A DNA stretch of 63,680 bases, counting the filler, from Collodictyon triciliatum (Eukaryota), in NCBI GenBank assembly GCA_043381765.1. It is 5 parts of 5 records of this genome, joined end to end, with 100 filler letters (N's around TTAATTAATTAA, not from the genome) between each part and the next. Parts side by side here need not be neighbours in the genome. Positions count along the whole stretch, not along the records: positions 15,848 to 29,099 come from JBHJMP010001638.1; 4 more parts are not named here. One strand, 5' to 3'. A program made the translations under genes and the position numbers. Shown here piece after piece: positions 15,848-29,199 of this stretch (position 1 is the stretch's first letter; every line of letters begins with the position of its first letter). The notes under the pieces were generated by a model. The model was not told the origin of the DNA, did not search any database, and saw only the letters and a program-made list of their open reading frames with translations.

Positions 15848-16541
15848 AAAAAAATAAAGGAAAGAAAAATAAAAAATAAAAAAAAAAAATAATTTTTAAA
15901 TTTTTTTTTTAAAAAAAAAAAAAAAAAAAAAACAATAACAACGAAGGCGATAGAGAGCATCGAGTCAAAACACAATATCCCCCGCACAGTAGTGCCCGAC
16001 TTAGAATCGATTCATCCATACGTCAGTGCATCTCTATCAGCTGAGAAAACAGAATAGAAGTAGCTCGCTTCGAAAAACACAACATTGCTGCCTGACCCAC
16101 CATCATCCAGGACACATATAATAAAAAGAAAAAAAAGTAAAGAAACCAGCCGCAAACTTCACGACAAAATTAATATAAAACGAAAAATAAAACATTCTCG
16201 TAACAGAGAGCAGGCAGAATGGCGCACATGCAAGTTATTTGATTCCATAGAATAAAAATATCTCCATCAAGTAGTGTATCAAACAGCAATCTGATATCGC
16301 GGTTCATATAATCAAATCCACATAACATCACGGTGCAGAGTCTGTTCCTGTGGATGGAATTGCTTCAAACAGGATGAATCAGACAAAAGCCACAAACGCC
16401 GCAACAGAAGAAACGAAAACGAAAACGAAAACGAACAAAAAAACAGAAGAAAGCTGCAACACCAAAAACAAAGACTAACTCCTTCCAAAAGGATCCATCG
16501 GGTGAGGCAACACTCAATAACAAAGGCAGAAAGAACTCCGC

Positions 16542-18511
16542 ATGCTGACCGCCACCCGCAGACTCACAACCTTGTAAGTAAATAGCCGAGCAGAACCGAT
16601 AACAAACATACCTTTTTCTTTTCTTTTTCTTTTCTTTTTCTTTTCTTTTTCTTTTCTTTTTCTTTTCTTTTTCTTTTCTTTTTCTTTTCTTTTTCTTTTT
16701 CTTTTTCTTTTTACATATATATATATTGTTTTATTCAGCTTGTTTATACTGCGAACAATATCGGCATTTAGTCCGGCTGCTTTACTGTTGCTCATGTCCA
16801 CAAATCCTTAGCAGTGCACTTCTTCCACGTGTGCCTCAGTCGCAGTGTTCTGCACGCGTTCCCGTCCGCTCAATCTCATTCCTCCGGATCGTAATAGAGT
16901 CCACCGATTCAGCAGCGAACCAGCGAAAACAAGGACACCAGAAAGCCGTCTTCCCCAATGCCTCTCTCTTTCCTCACACCACACGCAGATTCAACTCGTC
17001 AGGCTCTGGGCAGAATGCAGCTTCTGCTCAAACGCCTCCCGTGACTCCGTCTCTTCCAAACGAAGTCCCCGTCGACGCTGCCGCTGTGAATCCGGCTTTG
17101 ATTGCTGCGCCAGAGTTTTCCATGTACCCTACTGCCGTCTTGGAACACATCCTCAATGCTGTCCATACATCATCTGGCCTTCCGGTATGTATTTAATATG
17201 GCGCAGTGTATATTCTGATTGTCTTGATAATATGATGTCGTAGAATGCATTCTGTTTAAATCATTTAATATTTATGTATATATAACATTGCCCCGCCCTC
17301 ATACTAACTTTTCGCCTTTTTTTTTTATTTTATTCATGGACTAATTGAATTTGCGTCAATTGTACAAGTACTGGGTAACCATCGTGGCCACCACTATCGG
17401 CCTTCGCACAGTGCTTCTGCCTCTTGCTTTGAAGACTATGCGCAACTCGGCCATATTGTCATATCTGCGTCCCCAAATCGACATTATTAACCAAAAGATG
17501 AAGGACAGCATGCATGACCGTGAAGCCAGCTATCGATACAGGTCTTCCTTGCCTCATATCTAACGTAAACAGAAATCGACCCGAATCATACCGAATGAAA
17601 CAAACATTTAAAAAAAATATATTGTAATACAGTCTCGAAATCCAAGCCTTGTTTGCAAAGTACGACTGCAACCCGTTCCGCTCCATGCTGATGCCTCTCG
17701 TCCAAGCTCCAATCTTCATCACCTTCTTTCTGACCCTGCGCAACATGGCCGAGTCTGGAAACATAGACTTTACACACGGCGGAGCTCTTTGGTTCACAGA
17801 CCTTTGCCTCCCTGACCCGTACTATGCACTCCCAATCATCTCCAGCTTGACCTTCCTGACCACAGTCGAGGTTTGATCAGCTGTATTGTTTTTTCCCACA
17901 CACACACACATACCTGTACATATGAGCTAAAGTTCTCATTTCTCTTTTTTTTTTCTTTTTCTCCGAGATTAATCTAATGCTGTTTTGATTCCTTCTGGAA
18001 TGTCATTTCAAAGGCGATTACATGTGTATGTGTATGTGTTTGTGTTTGTTTTTATTTCCCTGTCCAACTCAATCAACCCACTCGCGTGGTTATAAACGAC
18101 CGCTTAGGTTGGCGCTGACGGGATGCAGACAAACGCCGCCGTCCAGAAGTTTATGCGCATCCTCGCCTTCGTGATGGTGCCCATGGTCTCGGCTTTCCCA
18201 TCGGTCTGACTTGCAACGCAATCACCACATAATTCTCGCAAGCAAAAAACCCCCCGCGTCTCTCACACATATGCACACACGCTTCACCCGCGCAGGGTAT
18301 CTTCATGTACTGGATTACGTCCAACTGCTACTCCCTCGTCCAAGTCATCGTCCTCAAGAACAAGACCATCTCTCGCTCTCTCGGCATCCCACAAAAGGCC
18401 GACCTCGAGGCAAAGCAGGCTCCGGTTGTCCCCACTGTTCTGTACAGCCAGAAGCCTCGCCAAAAGCCATCTGCCCAGCCTGCAAAGGACGAGCCGCTGT
18501 CCCAAAAGTGA
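16542..18511 (+). CDS. OXA1: Mitochondrial inner-membrane insertase Oxa1 (YidC/Oxa1/Alb3 family), 6 exons
   Basis: Presequence-like start MLTATRRLT. Spliced product contains GLPYWVTIVATTIGLRTVLLPL, PLVQAPIFITFFLTLRNMAE, GGALWFTDLCLPDPYYALPI and FPSGIFMYWITSN. All junctions are GT-AG. Confidence 0.93.
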
Positions 18512-18733
18512 AGGGGAACTGTGCCGGGTTGCTCCGGTGCCGAAAGAGCGCCATACTGGATTTTAAATTGCTCAACACGATACACTCCTTTGTCTGGTTT
18601 AAAAGGGTGATGCGGTGTGTGGTGTGCATTAGAAACAGATACAGACAATACAGACGGTCACTCTGGATTTCATCGCCCGTTGTCGGTCTTTAATACGGGT
18701 GAGACATAAGAAACTATGAGCAGATGGGCAAAG

Positions 18734-18892
18734 TTAGCAGTCGGCCTCGAGCTCGATAAAGAGGGACGGGGCAAGGCAGGAGCTGCTGTCGTACGAGGCA
18801 ACGTTGATTCTGGAAAAAAAGAGGGTTTCCATGAGAGCCAGCATGACAGCCGAATACCAGACGGACGGGAATACAAGAAATAGACAAAGAGC

Positions 18893-18984
<92 letters not shown>

Positions 18985-21900
18985 AAAAAAAAAATAAAAA
19001 ACAAACAGGATGGTGACAGCACATAAACTGCAAGTGAAAGGCAGAGACAAACCCGTTGGAAACGCCGGAGACGTAGAGCGTGATGGCATTTCCGTCGACC
19101 CAACCGTCCTGGGAGGAAAGCTCTGTGATGATGGAAGTGATGTCGGCAGAGACCCAAACTTCTCCGCTTTCCCACTCGGACTCGTCCTCGGTCCAGGAAA
19201 CCACGGTATCGGTCTTTGCGGTGGCGCTGAGAGAGCCGGAGACTCCGCATTCCACAGCCTTAGACGAGGCCGCCTTCTCGGCAGCAATCTCGAGCTTAGC
19301 CTGCGAGGTCTTGAAGGTCGGGCGGCCGTACACCTGGAGGCTGGCAGCCTTGATGCGGGCGTCCTTGGGGATGTTGACTGAGCCGAAGCGGATGGCAGTC
19401 AGAGAGTCGCTGCATGGCAGACAACGTGAGTGGGTCCGGTATCGAGAAAGAACCAATGAAAGATTCAAAGACAAAGACCGTGGATGCGGCGTTTGTGATC
19501 CGCAAGATGGGAGAAAGGCGATGTTGTCAAAACTTACCCAGTGGCTGTGCCGAGGGGAAGGTCTGCAGTCTTGCAAGAGACCTCGCCGGTGCTCAAATTC
19601 TCGACGGCATCGTTGGAAGAGCCCTTGACCTATGATTTGAGGTGCTTGGTTATGGGTTCCGTCTGGTGATTTTGTCTTGTACTGTGCCGGGATTGTTTCT
19701 GTTATCGGTATGCAAGATGTGGGATTTTGCCTGGATATCGACGGTGCGAGGAGAGCACGACAAGGATGCAGGGGCAGATGGAGTCTCAGCTGCAATGGGT
19801 TATAATGGGTTATCATTAGAGCTCATCCTCCTTTTCTTCATTCTATTTGCCATTCTTGTAGAAGAAGAAAACATGAAATGAGGATGTGTAAAGTATTGGG
19901 AATAGGTATGGGCATCTACACAATGCATTTACCAGAGAGCTTGGAGTACATGTAGAAAGTATCCCAGGTCTTTCCCTTGCGATCCTTGAAGAAGCAGGAA
20001 GCCTTGCGAGGGTCATTGTCGATGTAGAAGGTACAGTAGAGGGCACCATCAGAGACGCCGTTCTTTAGATTTAGAAGGTATCATAAGTCTCGGTGAGTGC
20101 GAATGAATGAGGTTATTTAAAAAATTGAAGAAAAAGACGTCAGTGTAAGCGAAAGGAGAACTCTATTTTTTTCTTTCATTTCTCTCGGTCAAGGAACTCG
20201 GAGGCTGAGGGAAACTTCGTATTCCAATAATATGGTTGTAGTAAAAGCCAAGATGAAATAAAACAAACGTCGGAGGCAGCGCAAGACGCCCACCACGGGT
20301 TCTTTTGAGCGTTATCAATCCAGGGGCGAATGCTTTGGCCTGTGTCGTGTGATCGTATATGATATTACTTTCAAGAAAGATAAGAGATGAGTGCAACTCC
20401 TTTCTGCTGAAACATATCTACTGATATTATTAACCCCGATTAGAAAAATGAAACGAGAAGCGTGTATTACCAGCGATACCGGAGACAAAGACGAAGCTGT
20501 ATCCGGGAGCTAAACGTCAGGAGTAAATATGGATATTGAAAATACTCAGAGACTGCATTGTCATCGCAAGAATTCATGAGGAAAACAGATAATTCTATTT
20601 AGGAAAGTGAGTGACTTACAGAGGTTGAGAGTGTTGTTTGTGTCAGCAACGCGCTGGGTGGCGAAGTTGGACATGAGGTGGCTGCGAGAGTAGCTGTGCT
20701 CGTGTCCAGTAGCAACAATGGCACCGTGTTGGCGGCAGGTGTCGTAGACTTCATAGCCAGTCTCGTCAGACTTGCTTCCTGTAGATGAAACGACACAGTA
20801 TTTTGGTCTTTGAGGATGCAACTCAATATTGGTTTAAATTTGGCTCAAATAGATAAGGAAGAATAGATTTCATCGTAGTAGAGTAATATGACGTTAACTT
20901 TTTCTTTTCTTTTTTTTTTTTGAGTTCTAGTTTCCATTCGCAATATTCTGTCTGGGTATAAAAGGCAAACCAGTCTGATAGAGATGCTGATTCTTGTGCC
21001 ACGAGCAGATCTTCCAGATACCAGCATTGGAGGCAAAGCTGCTGTCGATGTAGCGGGCGTGGTTGGAACCGAGAGTTCCAATACCAGAGAAGACAAAGAG
21101 AAGACCTGCAATATTGTAGATTTGCAATCTGTGTAAGGCAATCAGGGGGCATGTGACCCTATCTGCGGTGGCAAAAAAAAAAAAAAAATTGTAACCCAAG
21201 ATCCAAAGAGGGGTGGACTTACCCTTGTACTTGCAGAACATGTTCACACCAATGTCACCAGTGCACTGAGCTCCAGTGATTTTAGCCAAGCGTTCCTCAA
21301 GGACAGCCTGAGGTGCTTAAATGTTAGCAATGTATGCTCATCGAAGGCAGACTCTTCACGTTGATTCAAATTGGTTTGCAAGACTAATGATAGTAATAAT
21401 GTGTGTGGTATAAGATTGAGATCTATTGAAGAGGAGAACAAGCCTTGTAGCCAGTCCAGCGAGCGAGGTCGTGATTACCGATGGAGGCTGGACGGCCCGA
21501 TAGGTGTTTTGCATCAGAATATAAACAAACATATATTTCCGGAGACTTTGGCAGTAGACTGCGTGAGTTTCTTTGTAAACTTTAGAGACAAATCATTACC
21601 GAAGTAGGGGAAGCTGGAACCCAGAACGTTGTTGATTTGGTTGTTCCACGATGTGGGGTTGTCTAGTTGAGCAAGAAACGTATGTCTGAGTATTATTTAC
21701 CATGCAGCGATGAGATGTTTACAAGTTCATAAAGGGCAAGAGCTGAACGTGCTTCGCGTCATCCTCAGACGTCACTACAGCATAAGAGGACTTCGAGAAA
21801 GCCTACCAGCATAGTCGAAGTCGCCAGAGTGGACGACAGCGTGGGGAGCCCAAGCCTTGATGTTGTTGAGCACAGCAACGGGGTTCGACCCGAGTCCCTT

Positions 21901-22517
21901 TGCATTCAAAAAAAAATAGGGATAGGGAGAGAGTGAAAGGAGAAAAGGTTTCAGCAAAGCAGAGCAGTTGGCATGTTCAGGGCGCAGAGACCCATGGGAG
22001 AGTATTCAAGGGATATGCCCGGGAAGATGTACCTGGTCACCGATGAAGACAATCTTTGTGTTGGGCTCCAGAACTGCAGAGGAGATGGTTCTCGCGTTAG
22101 TCTGTGCTGCACATGAAACGGAGACTGTGGTATGTATGGAAGGTGCTTGGCGTACCGTTTGTGGAGGGGTCGGTCTCGAGTGTTGGAAGGCGTTCGCCGT
22201 TGCCGCCGCAGTTTGTGCCGAAGGCGGCGACATAGGAGACGGCGAGAAGGACGCACAGGACGCGGGCTGGGAAGGGTTGAAGGGTTTGTGCGAAGATATA
22301 CCTTAGTCTTTATGTTCGCGATAGTACGTATATCACGCAGTTAAGGGGGGAAAAGAGCAGCGCAAAATAACACAAAATTTAAAAAGGAATAAAAAAGAGC
22401 TTCTAGGATACTGCGCCCTAAAATGGAGGTGTGTTTGCACACAAAGAGATAGAATGGATATGCGGGACAGAGCTAAGAGGTATCAAGTAATTGGGATAGT
22501 ATCGTGCGTGTGAGCAT
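18734..22517 (-). CDS. Secreted calcineurin-like (purple-acid-phosphatase-type) metallophosphoesterase with a C-terminal accessory domain, about 15-16 exons
   Basis: Spliced motifs FIGDQG, GDFDY, IGNHD, SWHK and TGHEHSYSR. A hydrophobic leader RVLCVLLAVSYVAAFG lies in exon 22156-22266. C-terminal domain: SSNDAVE..AIRFGSVNIPKDARIKAASLQV..WVSADITSIITELSSQDGWVDGN..APSLFIE. The start at 22517 is tentative because it needs a GC donor. Confidence 0.85.
18899..18980. repeat. (GA)n intronic microsatellite
   Basis: Direct reading; last intron of the phosphatase gene. Confidence 0.95.
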
Positions 22518-23394
22518 TTCTATGGCTTGAGTGGCGTGTTTGGCTTTTGATTGAATGGGCCACAGACCTGCGTTGTACATTTCGATCGACTACGGGCAGA
22601 AAGGCAGGCGGGAAGATACAGGTTGGCAGGTCATGAGTTTAGTTGGACATGGGGCGAGTCTCTGATTCGTTTTTCTCCTTGTGTGTTCCTCCCACTTCTT
22701 TTTGCGATTTGCGCTGATTCATTAGTAAGATGATTACAGTGGAAAAAAGGCGGACGCGCGAGAGGTGGATGACAGAGAGACCCTTAAATGACCCTCCGCC
22801 CTTTTCATAATTCAATGAATTATATCTATATTTGGTTCATTCGACTGTATGTTCCATGCCCACAGCCTCTGCCGTTCCCAGACGGGGTTAGGGAACATTG
22901 GGAATAGGCATACCCAAGGGTCAGCAGTTGGGAATCTTCATCACATATCTAAATTGCGTATTTTAGGTCTGCATTATGCTAGACTGTATCGTCGACCGTG
23001 CTTAATTGCTGCCCTATAAAATTTAATCTATATATTCCGCATATAGAAATAAAGCGACGTGTTTTTCCCTTCAGGCACCATCTTAGACGCGTGGCAGGAA
23101 GGTTTCGTTGGGATAGACATTTATGCGGGTGTGTAGATTAGGTTTGGACAGGCAACAACAACAACAAAAAATAGAAGAGAAAAGTGGGCTTGGTGGGGAG
23201 CAAAGCGTCAACTAATCCATGACAACATAGCTCAGTGTATGAAAGTAGAAGAAGTGAAGAGGAGAGACGATAGAGAACTCCGAATCAAAACCAAACACAG
23301 AGCATCCAACAAGAGCTTTCAGAGAGCCTCGGCGAGGAGATGCATACAACGCAAGACAGAGCGAGTGGCATGTCCCTTTACACCGCGTCCGTCT

Positions 23395-26300
23395 TCATTT
23401 GGTGGGCTCTGGTGCATTGATGACGACAATGCGGCCTTCGACCTGGGGGCTGATGGGAGTGTAGATGGGCTCTGGTGCAGCCACGGGCTCGACTGGTGCG
23501 GGGGCAGATTCGGGCTGGGGAGCAGCCGGCGCCTTGTTTTTCTTCCGGAACATCCCAAAGAATCCCCCATCGTCCCTGTATGAGAGGCAAATTGCGTGAG
23601 CGGTGGACTCGTGGGATTGGAAAACATTCCTGTGTGCACGCGCTGTCCGCGAGCGAGGCTGTAAGGAGATTGGAAGGTGTTGTCGCTCACTTAGAAGGGT
23701 CATTCTGCTGGGGCGCAGATGCAGCTGGCTTGGGCTGAGCAGGAGCAGATGCCGCCTTGGCCGGTGGGTCAGGATATTTGACCAGCTTGTCAAAGTAGCC
23801 ATGCAACAGAGATGGGATGACAGGAAGCTCGTTCTCGCTCTTGAGAATCTTGCAGCGGGTAAAGACGTCGTATCCATCCTTGCCAAGCTTCAGATATGCC
23901 TTGGTGGACACCTGGTACTCCTTGCCTTCAAGGACGAGAGGCTCGTTACCCACAAAGACAGAGCTAAGAATCACACGGCTGCCGGATGGCTTCGAGGCAT
24001 CAAACTGGAACCGGATGCCAGAAACTTGTGGGAAGCGTCCCTCCATCTTTGGCCACTGACTAACACCATTCTCGAGAGCGAGGAGTACATCCTTCCCTTG
24101 CATTCCCAGAACCACAAGTTCATCCAACCTATTATTGGGTAGTACAAGAACCGTGGTGCGGAATAAGTTATCGGAATACGTCTGGGTGCATGCGTCCATA
24201 TGAATGAGTCAGACAGCAAAGGGGGCAACAAAAAAAAACAAAAAACAAAAAGCAAGCTGGTCGTACATAGGGACAAGGGAGACAAGGTCCTTCATCTTGA
24301 TGGGCCCCACGGGGAATATCTCGTCAGACCGCAGAGTCCCCGAATTCAGGATGCATATGTCTACAATTAAAAGGAACGTTCAGCTATAAAGCATTTAGCA
24401 CTGTTTGAACAAAAGGAAGGGTGAACAGTAGCCATGTATATAAATTGCTGGTATTTGCAGAGGACATGTACCTGACTTTGTGCCTTCACGAATGCGGTCA
24501 ACGACCCAATTTCCTGCATTGGTCTCTCTCGTGCGAATGCTGGCGAACTTGGTGTCAAGGGGAACACTGGTGTAGCCAATACTCTTGTCCATCTTTTCAC
24601 GAAGAGAACCGGCATACTTTTCAACAACCTCAGCTATATCTGGGTGCTCTGCCATGGTCCCCACAATCTCGATATGCTCGGTCTTCACAGTGTGAGAACC
24701 ACCCTTGAATTGCAATAACGGCCAAGATTAGACTAAGAAAGGCGTGAGAATTCCTCTGATGAAGTCTCAATCCCTTTCTCAGAAGGGGTTGGACGAACTT
24801 ACCGAGAAGTTCACATATATTCTGGACAGGTCACGGAAGTCAGAGCCGCTCTTCACCAGCTAAGGGAGGTTGCAGATGAGAACATTAATGGCAAAAATTT
24901 ATACTGTGAATGTACATATGGGACGTTGTTCTTTGTGCCTACCAACGAATTCCCAATCTGCTTGACTTCATAATGGTGGTCGTGCCCGCCAAGAATCAAG
25001 TCAATTTCGGGGACGTTCTCTCCCAATATTGTGTCATTCGGAACACGCATGTGAGTCAGTGCAATCACCAAATCGACATCATCTACTTCATTGAGTTCGC
25101 GTGCCATCTCGCGACCAATCTCGACAAAGTCCTTGTAGTCAACCTCATCTATTGTGTGATGAATTTATGAAAACATGTGGCTACATATATGTCGGGAAAC
25201 TCCAGCAGTCTTACCCAGGTTGATAGTAGCGAGAGTGTCTAGCCATTCCTTTTCAATCAAGCCCATGAGACCAATCTTCCAGCCACCCCAGTGGAACACC
25301 ATCTTTCGGATGCCATTTGCGAGAGGCTGTGGCACAGTCAAACGTGATTAAAACATTACACATCAAGTGGATGAGCCGTAATTATGGAATACACATACAT
25401 AGACTCCAAGCAGATAGTTGGTATTACCTTTTTCGTCTTCACATCCCAGGCGTTGCTCATGAGCCAGGGGAAGTTTGTAGACTTGATTAGCTGATCCAGC
25501 TCCTCGAGCCCAAAGTCTGCGCAATTTATGGGGGTTAGGTACGGAGGCAAAATCATGTACTGTGCTTTGCATCTGGAACAGCAGATAATAACGAGTGACA
25601 TAGGAGGATGTACCAAAGTCGTGATTTCCAAAGACAGAGGCTTTGATCCCAAGGGCATTCAGGATGGGGTTCATGTGTTTTCCTTTAGTGATGGTACTCA
25701 CTATTGTACAATAGACATTTGCTAATTAGTCTTTTTATACAGAAGAAAATGGCCACAGTTGCTGTTGGAGATGTATTGGAATGATGTATCACATAACGGG
25801 AGAGAAAATTACTAAGTGAAGGATTGTACGCATCGCCACTGAACAGGACAAGAGGTGGAAGGTCGCCTTTCTTTTCGGCCTGGATAAATCAACTTGTTAA
25901 GATGGGATATGAAGCAACCAAAGAAAAAAAAACACTCCTTGAAACACACAAGCAACCTTAGACCTTGAATCCGTGCCACATACCTCATCGTATAGGTCCA
26001 TCACATACTGGACGAAGCGAGCAGATCCACCGACCGGCTCTCTCTGTCGCGCCTCGATCTCATACACATCGTTGAAGTGGATGATCTGGATAGTGGGGTG
26101 CTTCTTCCTCAGCGCCTGCTTCTCGTCGGCACTCAAATTCTCATAGTCCTTCTACAGCACAAAGAACAAACGAATGAGCACGTTTCCGTATTTGCAACAT
26201 CAGGTAGCGTGGGAGGAGGAGAAGCCCGCTATATACCAGACAACAGGGCATAACCTCGCTATTCTTTGAATCGAATAAAGGGAAAAAAAAAATACCGGAC

Positions 26301-26517
26301 AATAGAATGTACAGAGATGAGGCGAAAGGAAAGGAAATGTAAAAAAAAAAAATAGAAAAGCGACAATATTCCCACAAACCACTTTGACGGTCTTTCCTCC
26401 ACCTGCAGTTGCCTCCTTGGCAGGCTCAGGCTCGGTCTTTGCGGCCGGCGCGACATTCTTGACCTCGCTGGCTGGCGCGTCGTGAACTTTGTTTGACTTC
26501 GATGCTCCTGATCCCAT
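23395..26517 (-). CDS. 5'-nucleotidase family protein (metallophosphoesterase plus 5'-nucleotidase C domain) with N-myristoylation motif, about 13 exons
   Basis: Starts MGSGASKS. Motifs IIHFNDVYEI, LFSGDAYNPS, FGNHDFDFG, ALTHMRVPND, ILGGHDHHY, RTRETNAGNW, LNSGTLRSD, ALENGVSQWPKMEGRFPQVSG and GKDGY. All junctions I reconstructed are GT-AG. Confidence 0.92.
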
Positions 26518-27341
26518 GTTTTCTGATGTTTTCCTTCTTGCGGTCTATGTACTCTTTCTTCCTTTTTTAAGGCGACCTTTGCTTCGCAAGGACTGATGCG
26601 GACGGCTGTGGCGCAATGAATAAGCAAGAGTGAGTATAGATCCAACCGGCAGTTTGTTTCTGGCGAGGGTGCGGGAATGTACTTTCTCTCTCCCTCTCTC
26701 TCTTTGTCTGTCCCTCGAGACACGACTGGAAGAAAAAGGCCGGGAATAAAGCGGGGCGGGGTTAAGGCACAGACACACCGCTATGGAAATGGGCCACCCT
26801 GTCACATGAGGTCATTTCCCGATCCCCCTCAGCCCCTCCCGAGCGTTGGAAGGACACAAAGCTATGGTGTGTCTGCTTTCCCTTTCTCCGGCTTCCTGGA
26901 CAACGATCGACCGACATCCTGTTTTGTCCGTCAAATTCATGAGAGACAGCTCTGTCCTCTGCGTGAGAAAACATCCCAGCAGCGCAGACAGGCTTCTCGC
27001 GGTTGGCCTTACTGGCCTCAGAAGAAGATGCGGCTCGCTTCCCGGCCGGGTCTTGGGAATTCTCTCGCATGTTTGCCTCAACAATTACCATTTCTTTCAG
27101 CCCCAACCAGCCAGAGTCCAAATATAAATGATTCGTTGACATCCACATTGGGATATAATGCGTTGCAGTGCAAAACCGTTACAGACCGAATGCGGAATCC
27201 CGTTTGGGCTGTGGTTTGCAACGACAAGCCACGCCGCTTAGTTCAAAAGTCTCCGCCTAAAGCCTTGAGCAAAACTGGAACATATGGTATTTCATTCCAT
27301 CCTGGGTGCTGGAGTTTATTCACAGGCCGGCCTATCGATGC

Positions 27342-28935
27342 TTAGACAGGAACAACTCGTTGCACGCACCTGGTGATCATTCTTTGCGCAAAGGGCACAT
27401 AGCTGGCTGCATACCTACATTCGCGCAGTTGATGAGGGATTTGATATTCCGGAATTGGTATGATTAACCATTTCGCTGCGGCAAAAAACCCAACCAAATC
27501 AAAGACGCGAACTGGACAACAAGAGATACAATCACCATGGGGGCGCTCTGCCACTACCAGAGCGAAGGCAAAATAGACAGAGTTTAGATGAGATGGAGGT
27601 TTTCTGATTAAAATCATGTTAGAAATGTTTTCATATGGCTCTACGGATATCGCTATCTGGTCAATAAAGGGAATAGGAAAAAGAGAAGAGAAGAGAAGAG
27701 AAGAGAAGAGAAGAGAAGAGAAGAGAAGAGAAGAGAAGAGAAGAGAAGAGAAGAGAAGAGAAGAGAAGAGAAGAGAAGAGAAGAGAAGAGAAGAGGGACG
27801 CATAAAATAGAATGGCAATAACAGACAGGATATATATATATATGTAAGAAACGATAACGATACTGATGGACTTACGATAAGAGCTGCGTACATAGTGAAG
27901 AGTAATGAGCCGATGTACAGGGAAAATGAGGTGGCTCTTGATGATTGATAAATATTCTTGATTTGGGATGCAGGCCCAACCAATATTGTTGTACTGTCAT
28001 GTTGGTTTTGTAGCATGATTTGATATTCAGCTGTTATGAATCACTCTAAAAACCTTTTATCACGAGCGATGCAATGAGGAGTTTTATTTAAATCATTTTG
28101 ATTCATAAGGAGTTAAAGGCATACCTTCCAATCATCAGAAGATTTCCAAAAGTATATGTTAGGGCAAACTTTTGGGGCTTCAGGAGAATCATCGGGAGGA
28201 AGAATGTAGACTACGTTTGATGGAATTATCTCAAAATGGGTTCCATATTATGCATACAGTCGTTTAAGTATCTTGTTCAAAGAATCAAGCAAGAACAAGA
28301 ACAAGAACAAGAACAAGAACAAGAACAAGAACAAGAACAAGAACAAGAAAAATTATGTTGCAATATATGTCTTATTAATACCAGTATACAACAGCCCACT
28401 CCTGTTGCAAAGAACAGGACAAAGAGGCTGATTTTCTACTTGGAAATATATGTGATGAGATTTCATCCCATATTTGATAGGAAAACAGTGCAAACATAGC
28501 CATATATGCGACATATAGCTCCCTCCTTGCCAATTATTCAAACTTTAAACAATATCCATGTATCAATACTTCAAGAGTGAATGATTTATATTCAAATATA
28601 TATATGATGTAAATAATCGAATAATGCCTGGCGGTAGCTTAAAGATGGAAATAATCCAAGCTCTGGGGGTGCTGCATTCTATACAGTTTGTGTTTCATAG
28701 CATTTTCTTAGGATTTGAGAGGAAAAGGAGCCATACAACAAAAGCTACTGGATGTGTGGATAATAGCATGCCATTTAAATTGAATTTAATCTAAATTTTT
28801 ATTTATAAAAGTGGCGCTTGAGGTGGTAAAAACCTGCTCGGCTCTTTGAAATCCACGCACAGAACTAGCCTTATCCACAGTGTTCATAACAAAGCCCATC
28901 AGTGACTCGGAGGTATCATTGGCCGAAGAAACCGC
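27342..28935 (-). CDS. SFT2: Vesicle transport protein, SFT2/Got1 family (5' end possibly beyond the contig edge)
   Basis: Spliced product: LSYRQKISLFVLFFATG..LLKPQKFALTYTFGNLLMIGS..LVGPASQIKNI..R..LYIGSLLFTMYAALI..QFASLIWYAASYVPFA. One GC-AG intron, 28436-28627. Confidence 0.88.
27680..27794. repeat. (AAGAG)n intronic microsatellite
   Basis: Direct reading; SFT2 intron. Confidence 0.95.
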
Positions 28936-29099
28936 CTGTGTGTTGAGCAGTTTATAAGCGAATATTATTGTAACCCAATTAAAAGTTACAGTTCGCAAAA
29001 TAAAATAAAATAAAATAAAATAAAATAAAATAAAATAAAATAAAATAAAATAAAATAAAATAAAATAAAATAAAATAAAATAAAATAAAATAAAATAAA

Positions 29100-29199
29100 N
29101 NNNNNNNNNNNNNNNNNNNNNNNNNNNNNNNNNNNNNNNNNNNTTAATTAATTAANNNNNNNNNNNNNNNNNNNNNNNNNNNNNNNNNNNNNNNNNNNN
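29100..29199. other. Artificial contig linker
   Basis: Same N/TTAATTAATTAA/N spacer. Confidence 0.97.
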
